DNA of 64,000 nt from Candidatus Poribacteria bacterium (GTDB lineage Bacteria > Poribacteria > WGA-4E > WGA-3G), in assembly GCA_963663765.2 (NCBI GenBank), contig CAXXUA010000003.1, positions 512,001 to 576,000 of the forward strand, in the 5' to 3' direction. The number at the start of each line of letters is the position of its first letter. Position 1 is the stretch's first letter. Below, piece after piece: positions 21,624 through 32,443 of the stretch. The position numbers were made by a program, and so were the translations under genes. The notes beneath the pieces are model-generated. The model was not told where the DNA came from and did no database searches. It worked only from the letters and a program-made list of their open reading frames with translations.

Positions 21624-22982
21624 ATGCAAAATTCATATAAGAACGTCATGTTTGTCATTGCAGATGACTGGAGTCGTCTTGCAAGATGCTACGGAAATGA
21701 AGTCATCAGGACACCCCGAATAGATGAATTCGCTGAACGCGGAGTCGTTTTTGATTACGGTTTCTGCACAAGTCCATCCTGTGCAGTCAGCCGTGCATGT
21801 ATCCTCACCGGACAACATAGCCACACCCACGGACAATACGGACACTGCCACGGCATACACGGATTCCGCACACACGAACACATGCAATCAGTTCCAAAGA
21901 TACTAAAAACACATGGATTCACCACCGCGTGTATCGGTAAAAAACACGTTGAACCCTTTAACGTATACCCATTTGAATACGAACCCCAAGTTAACCCACG
22001 TAGTCCTGTAGCAGTCGCAGAAAAAATTGACGAATTCCTATCACAAAACACCGACAAACCTTTCTATCTACACATCGGCTGCACCTATCCACACAGAGCA
22101 GGAAAAGGTTTTGGGAATGAAAGAGAGCATGATGGAATCCAACCAGGTTCCTACACACCTGAAGAAATAATTGTCCCAAATTTCCTACCCGATGTCCCAG
22201 CAGTACGTGAAGACCTTGCGGACTATTACGAAAGTGTCTCAAGATGGGATGCTGTAGTCGGTGCAGCTTTAGATGCACTTGAGGCTTCTGGACGTGCAGA
22301 AAATACACTCGTCTTTGTCACAACCGACCATGCAATGCCTTTCCCCGGAGCAAAAGCATCCAGTTTTGACAGCGGACACCACTGTCCACTGCTCATTGCA
22401 AGTCCAACACAACAACGGCACGGACTGCGGAATCAGGCACTCGTCAATTGGGTTGATTTTGCTCCAACGATGTTAGACTGGTGCGGTGTTTCTCATCCTG
22501 ATGGACAAGATGCATTCCCCGGTAGATCATTACTCCCCATATTGGAAGACGATAGCCCTCACCCAGACAACAGACAATGGGAGGAAACATACTTCTCACA
22601 CTGCTTCCATGAAGTTACAAACTACTACCCATATCGTGTCCTACGTGGACGCAAATACAAATATGTTCGCAATTTGGCATATCAGTTGGAAACCCCGCTA
22701 CCAAGCGACCTATTCCGTTCCATTTCATGGACTGCTGTTCGCAACGACAACATACAGATGTTAGGAGATAGACCACGCGAAGATTTTGTACATCAAAGCC
22801 GAGAAGCACTCTTTGACATGCAAAACGACCCAGCAGAATCAAAAAACCTAATTCATGCACCAGAATTACAGGACATTGCAAACGAAATGCGACGAAAAGT
22901 CATGGAATTCAGACGTGAAACAAAAGACCCTTGGCTTGAGCAATCTTTTCAGGAAGGCGAAACACAACCTTTTTTCTCATAA
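21624..22982 (+). CDS. Sulfatase, N-sulfoglucosamine sulfohydrolase (sulfamidase)-like
   Basis: Motifs IADD, SCAVSRACILTG, GKKHV, FHEVTNYYPYR. Confidence 0.88.
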   Translation: MQNSYKNVMFVIADDWSRLARCYGNEVIRTPRIDEFAERGVVFDYGFCTSPSCAVSRACILTGQHSHTHGQYGHCHGIHGFRTHEHMQSVPKILKTHGFTTACIGKKHVEPFNVYPFEYEPQVNPRSPVAVAEKIDEFLSQNTDKPFYLHIGCTYPHRAGKGFGNEREHDGIQPGSYTPEEIIVPNFLPDVPAVREDLADYYESVSRWDAVVGAALDALEASGRAENTLVFVTTDHAMPFPGAKASSFDSGHHCPLLIASPTQQRHGLRNQALVNWVDFAPTMLDWCGVSHPDGQDAFPGRSLLPILEDDSPHPDNRQWEETYFSHCFHEVTNYYPYRVLRGRKYKYVRNLAYQLETPLPSDLFRSISWTAVRNDNIQMLGDRPREDFVHQSREALFDMQNDPAESKNLIHAPELQDIANEMRRKVMEFRRETKDPWLEQSFQEGETQPFFS

Positions 22983-23061
22983 GCACCACCCCCATCTTAA
23001 CTGAAAGAGAAAAGTTGAACTGTGTTGAAAATGAAATTCCACCACAAATGGAGATTATACA

Positions 23062-25278
23062 ATGTTAAAACTCCTTTATTCTATACGAAAAACTATAGGT
23101 GTGCTGATAGGTGTAATTCTCATTGTTATCGGTGGAACATATTATCTCAATCACCTTGAAAACGAAAAAACGCTTGAAGAAGAACGTAACATACGTCTTG
23201 ACTATAAGCAGTGGCATTTACCTGAAGGTGCAAAAGCACGTATTGGCTCGGGAACTATCAGTTCATTGAAGTATTCTCCAGATGGCAATTTGTTAGCCGT
23301 TGTGAGTGATATCGGTGTCTGGATTCTTGATGCGCGTACAGCAGAACCACAGCATCTGCTTGCAGCTCATACCGGTGTTATCAATAGTATCTCATTTAGT
23401 GTTGATGGTAACACCCTCGCCGTAGGAACTGAAAATGGGGAAGCGCAGATCTGGGACATTTCTACCGGTGCACACCAGAAAACCTTTACAAAATGGGAAT
23501 ATTATACTGGTGTTGAAAATGCATTTTTGATGCCCGATGGCCGCACATTGGCAGTCATTTATTTATCTATGTTTGACTTGTGGGATATAGCAACTGGGCA
23601 GCGCAAGAATACACTATCTCCTATTGAAAATGGAAAGACTGACGAAAACAGTATACCAAAAATGTATATGAGTTTAGGGGGATACAACAACGCATTCAGC
23701 GCAGATGGTAAAATAGTCGCAAGTTTCAGCAGCGGTGACAGCTTTAGTTTCTGGGATATTGCGACACGAAAAGAGGTCAAAACATTTAAGGCTGAAACTA
23801 CACGGCGGCATGAGTTGGTATCCTATAGTTCAGATTTGCGAACACTGGCAATTGCAAGTGAGAGTACTAGCTTTAAAGGGCAAAGGCAAACACGAATTTG
23901 GAGTATCAATCTTTGGGATGTCAATTCTGGAACGCAGAAGAAAACAATTAAAACAGACAATCTTTTTCCTATTCCGTTTATAGTTTTCAGTTCAGATGGA
24001 AACTATATTGCCAGTTACGATGATGGTGACATTCGTATATGGGATGTCAACACAGGCAAAGCAAAGAAAAAACTTAAAGGAGATAATATTGCTGTTAAAA
24101 CAGTTGCTTTTAGTCCAGATAACCAAACACTCGTCACTGCCAGTTGGGACGATACGTTACGTTTTTGGGATGTTATCACCGGCAAAGAAAGGAAATCAGT
24201 AACAGGATATGGGGGTTACTTTCCGAAAGTGTCGCTAAGTGCTGATGCACAGACACTTATGGGTTTGGCTGTTGGCAGCAGCACTATTCGTATATGGGAT
24301 GCAAACACAGGTCAGCACGAAAAGAACTTCATAGGAAATAAGATAAGTGCTTTGTACACTGTTTTAAGCCCAAATGGAAAAAGGCTTGCGAGTCATTCAA
24401 TTTTCCAAGAGACTATCCATTTTTGGGATGTTATCACCGGTAAACCCATTAAAATTAAGGGACCAAGGCGACACCTCTCTGGTATAGCATTTAGTCGCGA
24501 TAGTCAGACGTTCGCGAGTTGGGGATCGGCGAGCAAACGAAAAAATGTTATTCATCTTCATGACGTTGATACGGGAGACATACAGCGAACCTTGAAGTTA
24601 ACTTACGAAGATAGGTTTCGTATTCCAGCAGAGTTATATTTTGACAAGAAAATGTTGGCTGGTATTGGAAGATTCGATCCGGATCTTTTCGTATGGAATA
24701 CGGTTTCAGGAGATTACAAAATCACAAACGTAGGAGACACAGATGTTCATGTGGCACGGTTTAGTCCGGATGGACGCGTGCTTGCAATTGTATCTGGTAG
24801 ATTCAATGAACAGTCAAAGAGTATCGTGCTTCGGGATGTAGAGACAGGAGAGCATATCCGCACCCTCGTTGGACATACGGATAAGATTGACAGCCTTGCT
24901 TTCAGTCCTGACAGTCGGACGCTCGCAAGTGGAAGTGGAAGTAGAATGAGAGAGAAAACAATCCTTTTATGGGATATAGAAACAGGCAACAGCAAAGACT
25001 TTACGGATCCAAGTTGGTTCGAAAACTTCCGAATATATACTGGAGTTGTCTCAAGCTTCGCTTTCAGTCCTGACGGTAAGACTCTCGCGAGTGGAATGAA
25101 GTTGGGTGAAATTTACCTATGGGAAACTGCCACTGGTGCAAAAAAGAAAACCCTCCGTGGACATAGTCTAAGGGTATCACACATTTTCTTTAGTGCGGAT
25201 GGTCAAACGCTCATCAGCGCAAGCGATGATGGAACCATACTAATATGGGACCTTACACCCACAAAACTGATAAAGTAA
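23062..25278 (+). CDS. WD40-repeat beta-propeller protein with N-terminal TM anchor
   Basis: Many FSPDG...LWD repeats; LPEGAKARIGSG cap. Confidence 0.9.
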   Translation: MLKLLYSIRKTIGVLIGVILIVIGGTYYLNHLENEKTLEEERNIRLDYKQWHLPEGAKARIGSGTISSLKYSPDGNLLAVVSDIGVWILDARTAEPQHLLAAHTGVINSISFSVDGNTLAVGTENGEAQIWDISTGAHQKTFTKWEYYTGVENAFLMPDGRTLAVIYLSMFDLWDIATGQRKNTLSPIENGKTDENSIPKMYMSLGGYNNAFSADGKIVASFSSGDSFSFWDIATRKEVKTFKAETTRRHELVSYSSDLRTLAIASESTSFKGQRQTRIWSINLWDVNSGTQKKTIKTDNLFPIPFIVFSSDGNYIASYDDGDIRIWDVNTGKAKKKLKGDNIAVKTVAFSPDNQTLVTASWDDTLRFWDVITGKERKSVTGYGGYFPKVSLSADAQTLMGLAVGSSTIRIWDANTGQHEKNFIGNKISALYTVLSPNGKRLASHSIFQETIHFWDVITGKPIKIKGPRRHLSGIAFSRDSQTFASWGSASKRKNVIHLHDVDTGDIQRTLKLTYEDRFRIPAELYFDKKMLAGIGRFDPDLFVWNTVSGDYKITNVGDTDVHVARFSPDGRVLAIVSGRFNEQSKSIVLRDVETGEHIRTLVGHTDKIDSLAFSPDSRTLASGSGSRMREKTILLWDIETGNSKDFTDPSWFENFRIYTGVVSSFAFSPDGKTLASGMKLGEIYLWETATGAKKKTLRGHSLRVSHIFFSADGQTLISASDDGTILIWDLTPTKLIK

Positions 25279-25344
25279 GAAATACGTGTAGTAATGACAA
25301 TAAGTTCTGAATGCTGATTGCAAACCACTGATAAGAATTAGAAT

Positions 25345-26337
25345 ATGCAAAACTACGATATAGAGGCAATGAATGCCCGAATCCAAGACGAAAGCACTCT
25401 TATACAGGACATTCTCAACGAAGCATCAAAAATCATCGTTGGACAACGTACACTCCTTGAACGTTTAGTCATCGGATTGCTCTGTAACGGACATATCCTA
25501 TTAGAAGGTGTCCCGGGACTCGCAAAGACTACCGCTATCGCTGCACTCGCAACAACAATTCATGCCGCTTTTCAACGTCTCCAATTCACTCCCGACCTGC
25601 TCCCAGCAGACCTACTCGGAACGCTAATTTATGACCAAAAGAAGGGTGATTTCTATACAAGAAAGGGACCTATTTTTGCAAATGTTATCCTCGCAGACGA
25701 AATAAACCGTGCACCGGCGAAAGTACAGAGTGCTTTGTTAGAAGCAATGCAGGAACGGCAAGTCACGATAGGCGACACAACATACCCGCTTGATGACCCT
25801 TTCATCGTTTTAGCAACACAAAACCCTATTGAACATGAAGGCACATACCCACTCCCCGAAGCACAAGTAGACAGATTCATGCTAAAGGTCAAGGTCAACT
25901 ATCCTTCACATTCAGAAGAATTGCAGATACTACGTAGAATGACGACTGAAAAAATACAGAACATTCAACAAGTGATTACATGTGAAGATATAATCCGTTT
26001 CCGTGAACTCACCCGCAACATCTATATGGCTGAAGAATTGGAAACATACATCGTAGATCTCATCTGTGCAACGCGCTCGCCAGAAGCATACCAATTAGAC
26101 GAGTTAACCCCGCTAATTGAATACGGCGCATCACCCCGCGCAACGATCTTCCTCGCACTCGCTGCAAGAGCACAAGCATTCTTATCAAAACGCGGATATG
26201 TTACACCAGAAGATATATATGAGGTGGGAATGGATGTGTTAAGACATCGGGTTATCATCAGTTACGAAGCTGAAGCTGAGGGACTTGATTCAGAAAACAT
26301 CATCACTCAAATCTTCTCAAAAATTGAAGTGCCATAG
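25345..26337 (+). CDS. moxR: MoxR-family AAA+ ATPase
   Basis: GVPGLAKT, QFTPDLLPAD, DEINRAPAKVQSALLEAM, EGTYPLPEAQVDRF. Confidence 0.92.
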   Translation: MQNYDIEAMNARIQDESTLIQDILNEASKIIVGQRTLLERLVIGLLCNGHILLEGVPGLAKTTAIAALATTIHAAFQRLQFTPDLLPADLLGTLIYDQKKGDFYTRKGPIFANVILADEINRAPAKVQSALLEAMQERQVTIGDTTYPLDDPFIVLATQNPIEHEGTYPLPEAQVDRFMLKVKVNYPSHSEELQILRRMTTEKIQNIQQVITCEDIIRFRELTRNIYMAEELETYIVDLICATRSPEAYQLDELTPLIEYGASPRATIFLALAARAQAFLSKRGYVTPEDIYEVGMDVLRHRVIISYEAEAEGLDSENIITQIFSKIEVP

Positions 26338-26475
26338 TTGGGATATAAAGTAAAACAAGAAAACTCTGCATTTAGAGTATATCAAATTCCTCCACGGTTA
26401 GTCCAGCATGTCTCAAAATTGACCTCAGTGTTCCAACTTTGATTTCACGATTTTTCGGAACCATTACAGCTCTAA

Positions 26476-26629
26476 TTCCAAATCAAATAAATCTTGTCTC
26501 ATTAAGGAATTCTACTGTTTACTGGCAGGGGGTTACTCTCTTCGGTAGGAGCGACCCCCCGGTCGCGACCGGGAGGTCGCTCCTACCAGATTTCCGCTGC
26601 TAATGAGACATTATCACATGAAAATGGTA
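26476..26629. mobile_element. MITE family T4, single copy
   Basis: Reverse complement of the 21302-21455 unit. Confidence 0.8.
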
Positions 26630-26692
26630 TTAGATACCTCAAATGTGCGAAGTTTTGGCATGACAGTTGGAAGAGGAGTTCATTAGAAGGCG

Positions 26693-28180
26693 TCACTCCA
26701 TCTGCGGTTTTTCAAAACTTATTTTCAGCCCTTGATCGCGGAGCGTCTTTTGGATTACTGCTGCGGTTTTCTCAATTGAATCCATCTGAGCCACCGTGGT
26801 GTGAAACTGTTTGACGAAATCTGCCTGTTGGGGGGGCGTGAGTGCGTTGAGACGTTCGACCGTAGGTTTGACGAAAGTTTTCTTGTTCAGGGTAAGTCTG
26901 TTGTCGTTTTCAAGTTCAAAGAGGAGACGAACAAGCCCGGTGTGGTCTTTTATTTCACATTTGTGTTCTGTGCATTCGCGATATTTTTTCGGTAGCGTAC
27001 ACAATGGGTTATCACAGGTGAGTATTGTGCTGTGCCGGGGCTCACATGGGAAGAATGGTTTATAGCATCCCCCCATGTCCATCCCATTGCCACAGAATAC
27101 GTTTTTGCCCGCGCATGTGGGGTCTCCACATTTTGGGCAGGTATCAATCTCCGCAAGAGAACTTTTCAGTTTGAAGTCTTTTATAAAAAATGTTGTTGAT
27201 GTATCTGCAAGGGTGTCCCCCCATTCCGCTGCGGTGATGTCTCTCATAGCGGATACCATCTGTTTAGGATTTTGATTGATGCCTAAACCCAAATTTGGAT
27301 TTTTCTCTATTTTTAGGTATGTGAGAATTGCTGGAATAATCGGATACTGTTGGAGGAACGTCTCGGGATAACGCGTGTGAAAATCTACGAGTGTCGGAAA
27401 TGAAGAACATATTTCTTTTAGTATCTTTCGGGTTTCTATTTTGAGGCTTTGTAACAGACGGCGGGTCTCTACTGAAACGACGTCACAGAATTCTTGAAGA
27501 TTAGACCGTTTTCGGGGATAGACGGTGCATGTTTTTTCGCCGGGGGTCCGGACGTGTTCCAAACATAAAGCATGTTTCTCTCCACAAACTTTACAGGTGT
27601 TTTCCCCGCTATAATGATTGATGTATCCCTTATCACAGTGAGAGATAACCTGATGGCACCTTGAACATATCACTTGAAATTTTGGCGTGCATTTTTTATC
27701 TCCGCATTTGGGGCAGGCTTCAATATCGCTTTCTGTAAAATGGAGTCCGAGTTGGTCTATTAAAGCCGAGGCCAAGGCTTGTTGTGAAACACTTGTCCCA
27801 TTTTGTAACGCACCGGATCGGGGAATGATGTTATTTCCGTTAACGCGTTGCGGAATAAAATCGAATGCGATCTCTGTGATATACCGGAGTAGGTCCTTCT
27901 GTTCGTTTTCTGGCAGGTTTGCAATCGGTTTTAGAAGTTTGAGAAACGGTGTAACATCATCCAATCGTGCAATTTTCCTGACGGTCAAGATAATGGGTAT
28001 ACTTGGATAATGATCAAGCAGTTCTAAAGGGGTTTTTACTCCAAAATCGGCGAGGGTCGGATAGGGGTCTGTCCCTTTCTCAAGCTTTTCCTTGTATTGA
28101 TTTTCAAGGGTTCTGATAGGGTCAATCTGTATCTGCATCTCAAGGTTCATTTTAGGAATCCTCCTTTTGTTATTTGACAA
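26693..28180 (-). CDS. Cys/His-rich hypothetical protein with an internal domain duplication
   Basis: Long ORF (start 28180, or ATG 28150); two PTLxDF...YPxIPxILT + CPKCGD modules. Confidence 0.7.
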   Translation of the reverse strand: MSNNKRRIPKMNLEMQIQIDPIRTLENQYKEKLEKGTDPYPTLADFGVKTPLELLDHYPSIPIILTVRKIARLDDVTPFLKLLKPIANLPENEQKDLLRYITEIAFDFIPQRVNGNNIIPRSGALQNGTSVSQQALASALIDQLGLHFTESDIEACPKCGDKKCTPKFQVICSRCHQVISHCDKGYINHYSGENTCKVCGEKHALCLEHVRTPGEKTCTVYPRKRSNLQEFCDVVSVETRRLLQSLKIETRKILKEICSSFPTLVDFHTRYPETFLQQYPIIPAILTYLKIEKNPNLGLGINQNPKQMVSAMRDITAAEWGDTLADTSTTFFIKDFKLKSSLAEIDTCPKCGDPTCAGKNVFCGNGMDMGGCYKPFFPCEPRHSTILTCDNPLCTLPKKYRECTEHKCEIKDHTGLVRLLFELENDNRLTLNKKTFVKPTVERLNALTPPQQADFVKQFHTTVAQMDSIEKTAAVIQKTLRDQGLKISFEKPQME

Positions 28181-28184
28181 GGGC

Positions 28185-28430
28185 TCAGAGGTTGAGTTTA
28201 TCCAAAAGTTCTGCGGTCAGCTCGTTGGCAGCTTCATCTCCTTGGTTTTTAGAAATATGTTCGTCTATCTCTACGATGTATGTCAGTTGCAGCTCTATCG
28301 GGAGTTCTGAAAGCAGTTGGATAGCTCGTTCTTTAAACTCGCCCCGCATCTGGTCAAGCCGTTCATTGAGTGCGTCAAGTGCAGCTTGGGTTGGGTAGCG
28401 ATTGTGAAGTTCTTCATGGGAAATAGACAT
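28185..28430 (-). CDS. Small acidic helical hypothetical protein
   Basis: 81-aa ORF ending 4 nt before the Cys-rich gene. Confidence 0.55.
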   Translation of the reverse strand: MSISHEELHNRYPTQAALDALNERLDQMRGEFKERAIQLLSELPIELQLTYIVEIDEHISKNQGDEAANELTAELLDKLNL

Positions 28431-28536
28431 AACTTCTTGAACTTCCGGATACTTTTCAAAATAGAGTTCTATTGCCTCTTTCAGGTTTTCTACCGCCTCG
28501 TCTTCACTCTTACCCTGACTAGCAACATCTATCTCT

Positions 28537-28706
28537 TATAGTGAAATATACAAGTAAGTTTACACTTGTTCTGTAGGCGGGGAATGCCAATAGGCATTCA
28601 TACCGTTGATTTCGATCTCCGAATCGCGACTGAACGCCTTGATAGTCGGGAATCGGAGTTCCCTCCTACACCTGAAAGTGTAAAAATAATTCTAAAATCT
28701 ACTATA
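28537..28706. mobile_element. MITE family T6 with a micro-element inserted at 28578-28613
   Basis: Inverted homolog of 10518-10654, about 33 bp longer. Confidence 0.75.
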
Positions 28707-28838
28707 ACATTGAGCAACAAACATATCTCCTTCTTGCGAAATATTTGCAGTAAAAGTCTGTGATTTCATTATTCGTCTCCTTCAATATAACGTGGTATGA
28801 TATATCTAAATTGTAGCATCAAATGAGGAATGTTTCAA

Positions 28839-30077
28839 CTACTCATCAGTCTGTCCAGCAAGAGCAGCCGCACGCGCACCCACACCAAGTACACCCAGAA
28901 AACCCTCCGAATCCGAATGGTCAAAATCACCAATATCCTCCATTGATGACGTCTCTTCAGAGTAAAGGGAATGCGGAACACCCGTCGCAGCATGAAATGC
29001 AACATTACCTTTATATAGCGCAACCGTAATCGTCCCACTTGCCAAACGTGTGAACTGCTCAACCGATGCCAACATTGATTGCGTAGCAGAATCAAACCAG
29101 TAACCTTGATAGATCTGTTCAGCGACAGCAGACGCAATACCATCATAGAGTTTACGCGCCCGTCTATCCAAAATCAGTTGAAGGAGATACTCATAGCATT
29201 TACCCAACAACTCCATCCCAGGAGATTCATAGACACCCCGGCTCTTTATTCCAACAAATCGGTTTTCAACAGTATGTATGCCGATACCAACAGCGTTCCG
29301 TCCACCAATTCGGTTTGCTTCCATCAAACCCATCAGAGGTGTGCAAGGACTACCGTTTACTTCCACAGGCACTCCGCGCGCGAATGTCACAGTGAAGTGC
29401 TCTATATCATCAGGTGCATCTTTCGGATGCACTCCCATCCCCGGCGTAATGAATCCCGCAGGTGTTTTCAGTGATTCCAATCTACCTGCTTCATGCGTTA
29501 ATCCCAGCAAATTCGCATCCGTAGAATAAGGTTTTTCATGCGTCGCAGTAACTGGCAGACCGTGTTCTTGGCAGAAATCAATCATCTCCTTTCTACCACC
29601 GAACTGCTTGAGAAATGCCTCATCCCGCCAAGGCGCGTAAACTGAGAAATTTGGATTTAGCATATTGGTCGCAAGTTGAAACCGCACCTGATCATTTCCA
29701 CGACCCGTTGCACCGTGCGTCAAAATAGAGATGCCGCGACTTTCCATTTCAGGAAGTAACGCTTTCACCGTAACAAACCGAGCAATCCCTGTCGTGTTCC
29801 AATATCCGCCTTCATACATCGCCTTACACTGGATAACGCGAAGCCCCTCTTCAGCAAGTGCTTCCTTTGCATCAATGATGACCGCTTCCTGAGCACCACA
29901 TGCCAACATCCGTTCACGAATCTCGTCCACATCTCTCTCGTCAGGTTGTCCAAGATCCGCAGTAAAACATACGACATCAACACCTTTATCCACTAACCAT
30001 TTGGTAATTGTGCAGCTATCAAGTCCACCAGAGACCGCAGCTCCAACAGTTTTTCCAATTAATTTTTCTATTTTCAT
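28839..30077 (-). CDS. argG: Argininosuccinate synthase
   Basis: SGGLDS, HGATGRGNDQVRF, YSTDANLLG, ENRFVGIKSRGVYESPG. Confidence 0.93.
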   Translation of the reverse strand: MKIEKLIGKTVGAAVSGGLDSCTITKWLVDKGVDVVCFTADLGQPDERDVDEIRERMLACGAQEAVIIDAKEALAEEGLRVIQCKAMYEGGYWNTTGIARFVTVKALLPEMESRGISILTHGATGRGNDQVRFQLATNMLNPNFSVYAPWRDEAFLKQFGGRKEMIDFCQEHGLPVTATHEKPYSTDANLLGLTHEAGRLESLKTPAGFITPGMGVHPKDAPDDIEHFTVTFARGVPVEVNGSPCTPLMGLMEANRIGGRNAVGIGIHTVENRFVGIKSRGVYESPGMELLGKCYEYLLQLILDRRARKLYDGIASAVAEQIYQGYWFDSATQSMLASVEQFTRLASGTITVALYKGNVAFHAATGVPHSLYSEETSSMEDIGDFDHSDSEGFLGVLGVGARAAALAGQTDE

Positions 30078-30130
30078 AATCCAAATTATACCACTATTCC
30101 AACCAAAACGCAATTGCTAACAATTGTGTG

Positions 30131-30810
30131 GGGTGTGTAAACTTTTTTTCACAAGCATCCCACTCTCGATTGTAGGGCGAAATCAAGAAATCATGAAATC
30201 AACGGTATGAATGCCTTTTGGCATTCCCCGGGTATGAATGCCATTTAGGCATTCCCCGGGTCTCTATACCCCGCCGCAACTGATTAAATGAGAGATTGCG
30301 GACACAGAAGTCCTAATGAGTTTTGACGTTCAAGTTGTGTATTCGTAGGGGCGTGGTTTCCACACATGATCTACGCAAACTCAAAAACCAACCGGGTTGG
30401 GGAACCCAACCCCTACGAATTCAACTACCGATTTTGATTGCCAAACTTCATTAGGTGTCAATATAAAGAAATATTGTTAATATTAACCATATTCTTCAGT
30501 CGCGTAGGGACGATATGTTTATCCTTTTATGTCGTTCCTACGGAACTAAAGAGAGGGGATGTGATAACGTTTTTGCTATAAACATTGCGTCCCTACGGGA
30601 CTAAAGAGAACAAAAGTTTGTACCTCTGTGCAAAAACTTTACACACCATAGGCGTCAATTTAAGAAAAAGGTGTTGGCATTTTCTCTTGTGGGAGGGGTT
30701 TTCAACCCCGATTTTATGTTCATTTTCTCTCAAATCGGGGTTGAAAACCTCTCCTACAAGTGGTCAAAACCCTTAAATTGACGCCTATGGTGCAAAAACT
30801 TTACACACCC
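30131..30810. mobile_element. Nested MITE cluster: T2 ends, micro-elements (30179-30260), T5 (30317-30450) and T7 (30647-30789, TIR CATAGGCGTCAATTTAAG)
   Basis: Each component recurs elsewhere in the window. Confidence 0.75.
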
Positions 30811-30826
30811 ATCCGAAACAAAATAT

Positions 30827-30855
30827 TTGACACATACAGAAATATATGATAAACT
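30827..30855 (+). promoter_or_regulatory. sigma70-type promoter of gspG
   Basis: TTGACA-17 bp-TAAACT with an extended -10 TG. Confidence 0.55.
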
Positions 30856-30897
30856 TTTGAAGATATTGACACTATTGTAAAGCGCGGAGAAGCATAC

Positions 30898-31350
30898 GTG
30901 ACACTACAACATCCTAAACAAGACGGATTAACACTCATACAGATACTGATCGGTATTGCCATTCTGGGTGTGATCGGTGCTGTCCTTTTAGCACCTCGTC
31001 TACTTGGACAAGCAGGTAGAACACTACAAACACGAGCAAACGAGGATATTGAAACACTCGGTATCGCACTGGATAGATATGCAAATGACTGCGGAGATTA
31101 TCCCTCAACCGAACAAGGACTAAAGGCTCTTTGGGAGAAACCGCAAACACCACCAATTCCTATAGAATGGTTAGGCCCCTATATTCAAATTCCAATCACA
31201 ACTGATCCATGGGGAAACCCTTATGTCTATATACGTCCCGGCATCCATGACCGATACGGATACGACCTGCTCTCTTTCGGTAGTGACGGCTTAGAAGGGG
31301 GAACAGGGGACGGTGAAGACATCGCAAGTTGGATACGTCGTGATGAATAA
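30898..31350 (+). CDS. gspG: Type II secretion major pseudopilin GspG-like
   Basis: GLTLIQIL prepilin-like start (E5 replaced by Q), YPSTEQGLKAL, DPWGNPYVY, SFGSDG. Confidence 0.85.
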   Translation: MTLQHPKQDGLTLIQILIGIAILGVIGAVLLAPRLLGQAGRTLQTRANEDIETLGIALDRYANDCGDYPSTEQGLKALWEKPQTPPIPIEWLGPYIQIPITTDPWGNPYVYIRPGIHDRYGYDLLSFGSDGLEGGTGDGEDIASWIRRDE

Positions 31351-31427
31351 CAATCCATAATTAACAACAATCATATACCAATAGATGATAAAAAAAGATA
31401 CATACTAAAATATTAGGTATCAAAATT

Positions 31428-32432
31428 ATGAAAATTACCCAAATTGAAGTCATCAAGGTAAAAGTTCCCTACCATGAAGGTATTTATGAGTTAATGTCGC
31501 GTTGAAATCTATACCAAATTGACCACGTATATAAGGTGCATACAGATACAGGAATAATCGGTATCGGTGACGGTTCATTTCAATCAGACGAAACAATAAA
31601 ACGATACATCGGAAGGAATCCATTTGAATATATGAGCGGTTGGGCACCAACGCCTTTACAACAAGCATTTTATGACATTATGGGGAAAACTCTCGGTGTA
31701 CCTGTCCATCAACTCTTAGGGGAAAAGATTCATGATAAAACATCTTTCGGATATTGGTCTATTGACATGACACCAGACGAATGGGCTGCTGAAGCAAAAC
31801 ACGCTTATGCTCTCGGTTATCGTCTACACAAAATAAAAGCACGACCATGGTTTGAAGTTGCCGAACAGGTAGAAGCAATCACCGAAGTTGTACCCGACGA
31901 TTACCAACTACGTGTGGATGCAAACGACTCTTTTGAAACCGCAGCACGCACTATTGAAGTCGCACGACAACTACGCGACTATAATATAGAGTCGTTTGAA
32001 ACACCAATCCCACAATCACATATTGATGGATACAAGGAGATAAAACAACAAATAGACATCCCAATAACCATTCATTTCGGAAACCCAGATCCAGTTAAAG
32101 CAATCCGAGCAAAGATGAACGATTCATTCATTATCGCATATCCCGACTCACGCGCTGCCAATGCAAAACGGGAAGCAATAATCTCTGATTCAGCACATCT
32201 ACCTGTCTGGATACAGATAGTCGGGCTCGGTATCACAACATGTTATGTCATGCATCTCGCAGCAGTCATGCGTAATGCGACGATGCCATCAATTACACTA
32301 AACGCATTGCGCGCCTTTGACATCGTTACACCCTCAACGATACCTCTTGAAAACGGATACGCAACCATACCCGACAAACCGGGTTTAGGCGTTGAACTGG
32401 ACGAAGACACGTTAGACAACTGCCGATTTTGA
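31428..32432 (+). CDS. Mandelate racemase/muconate lactonizing enzyme family protein with in-frame TGA at 31503-31505
   Basis: MKITQIEVI start in frame with KVHTDTGIIGIGD, KIK, RVDAN, FETP and KPGLGVELDED. Confidence 0.8.
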
Positions 32433-32443
32433 TAAGTATGTAT

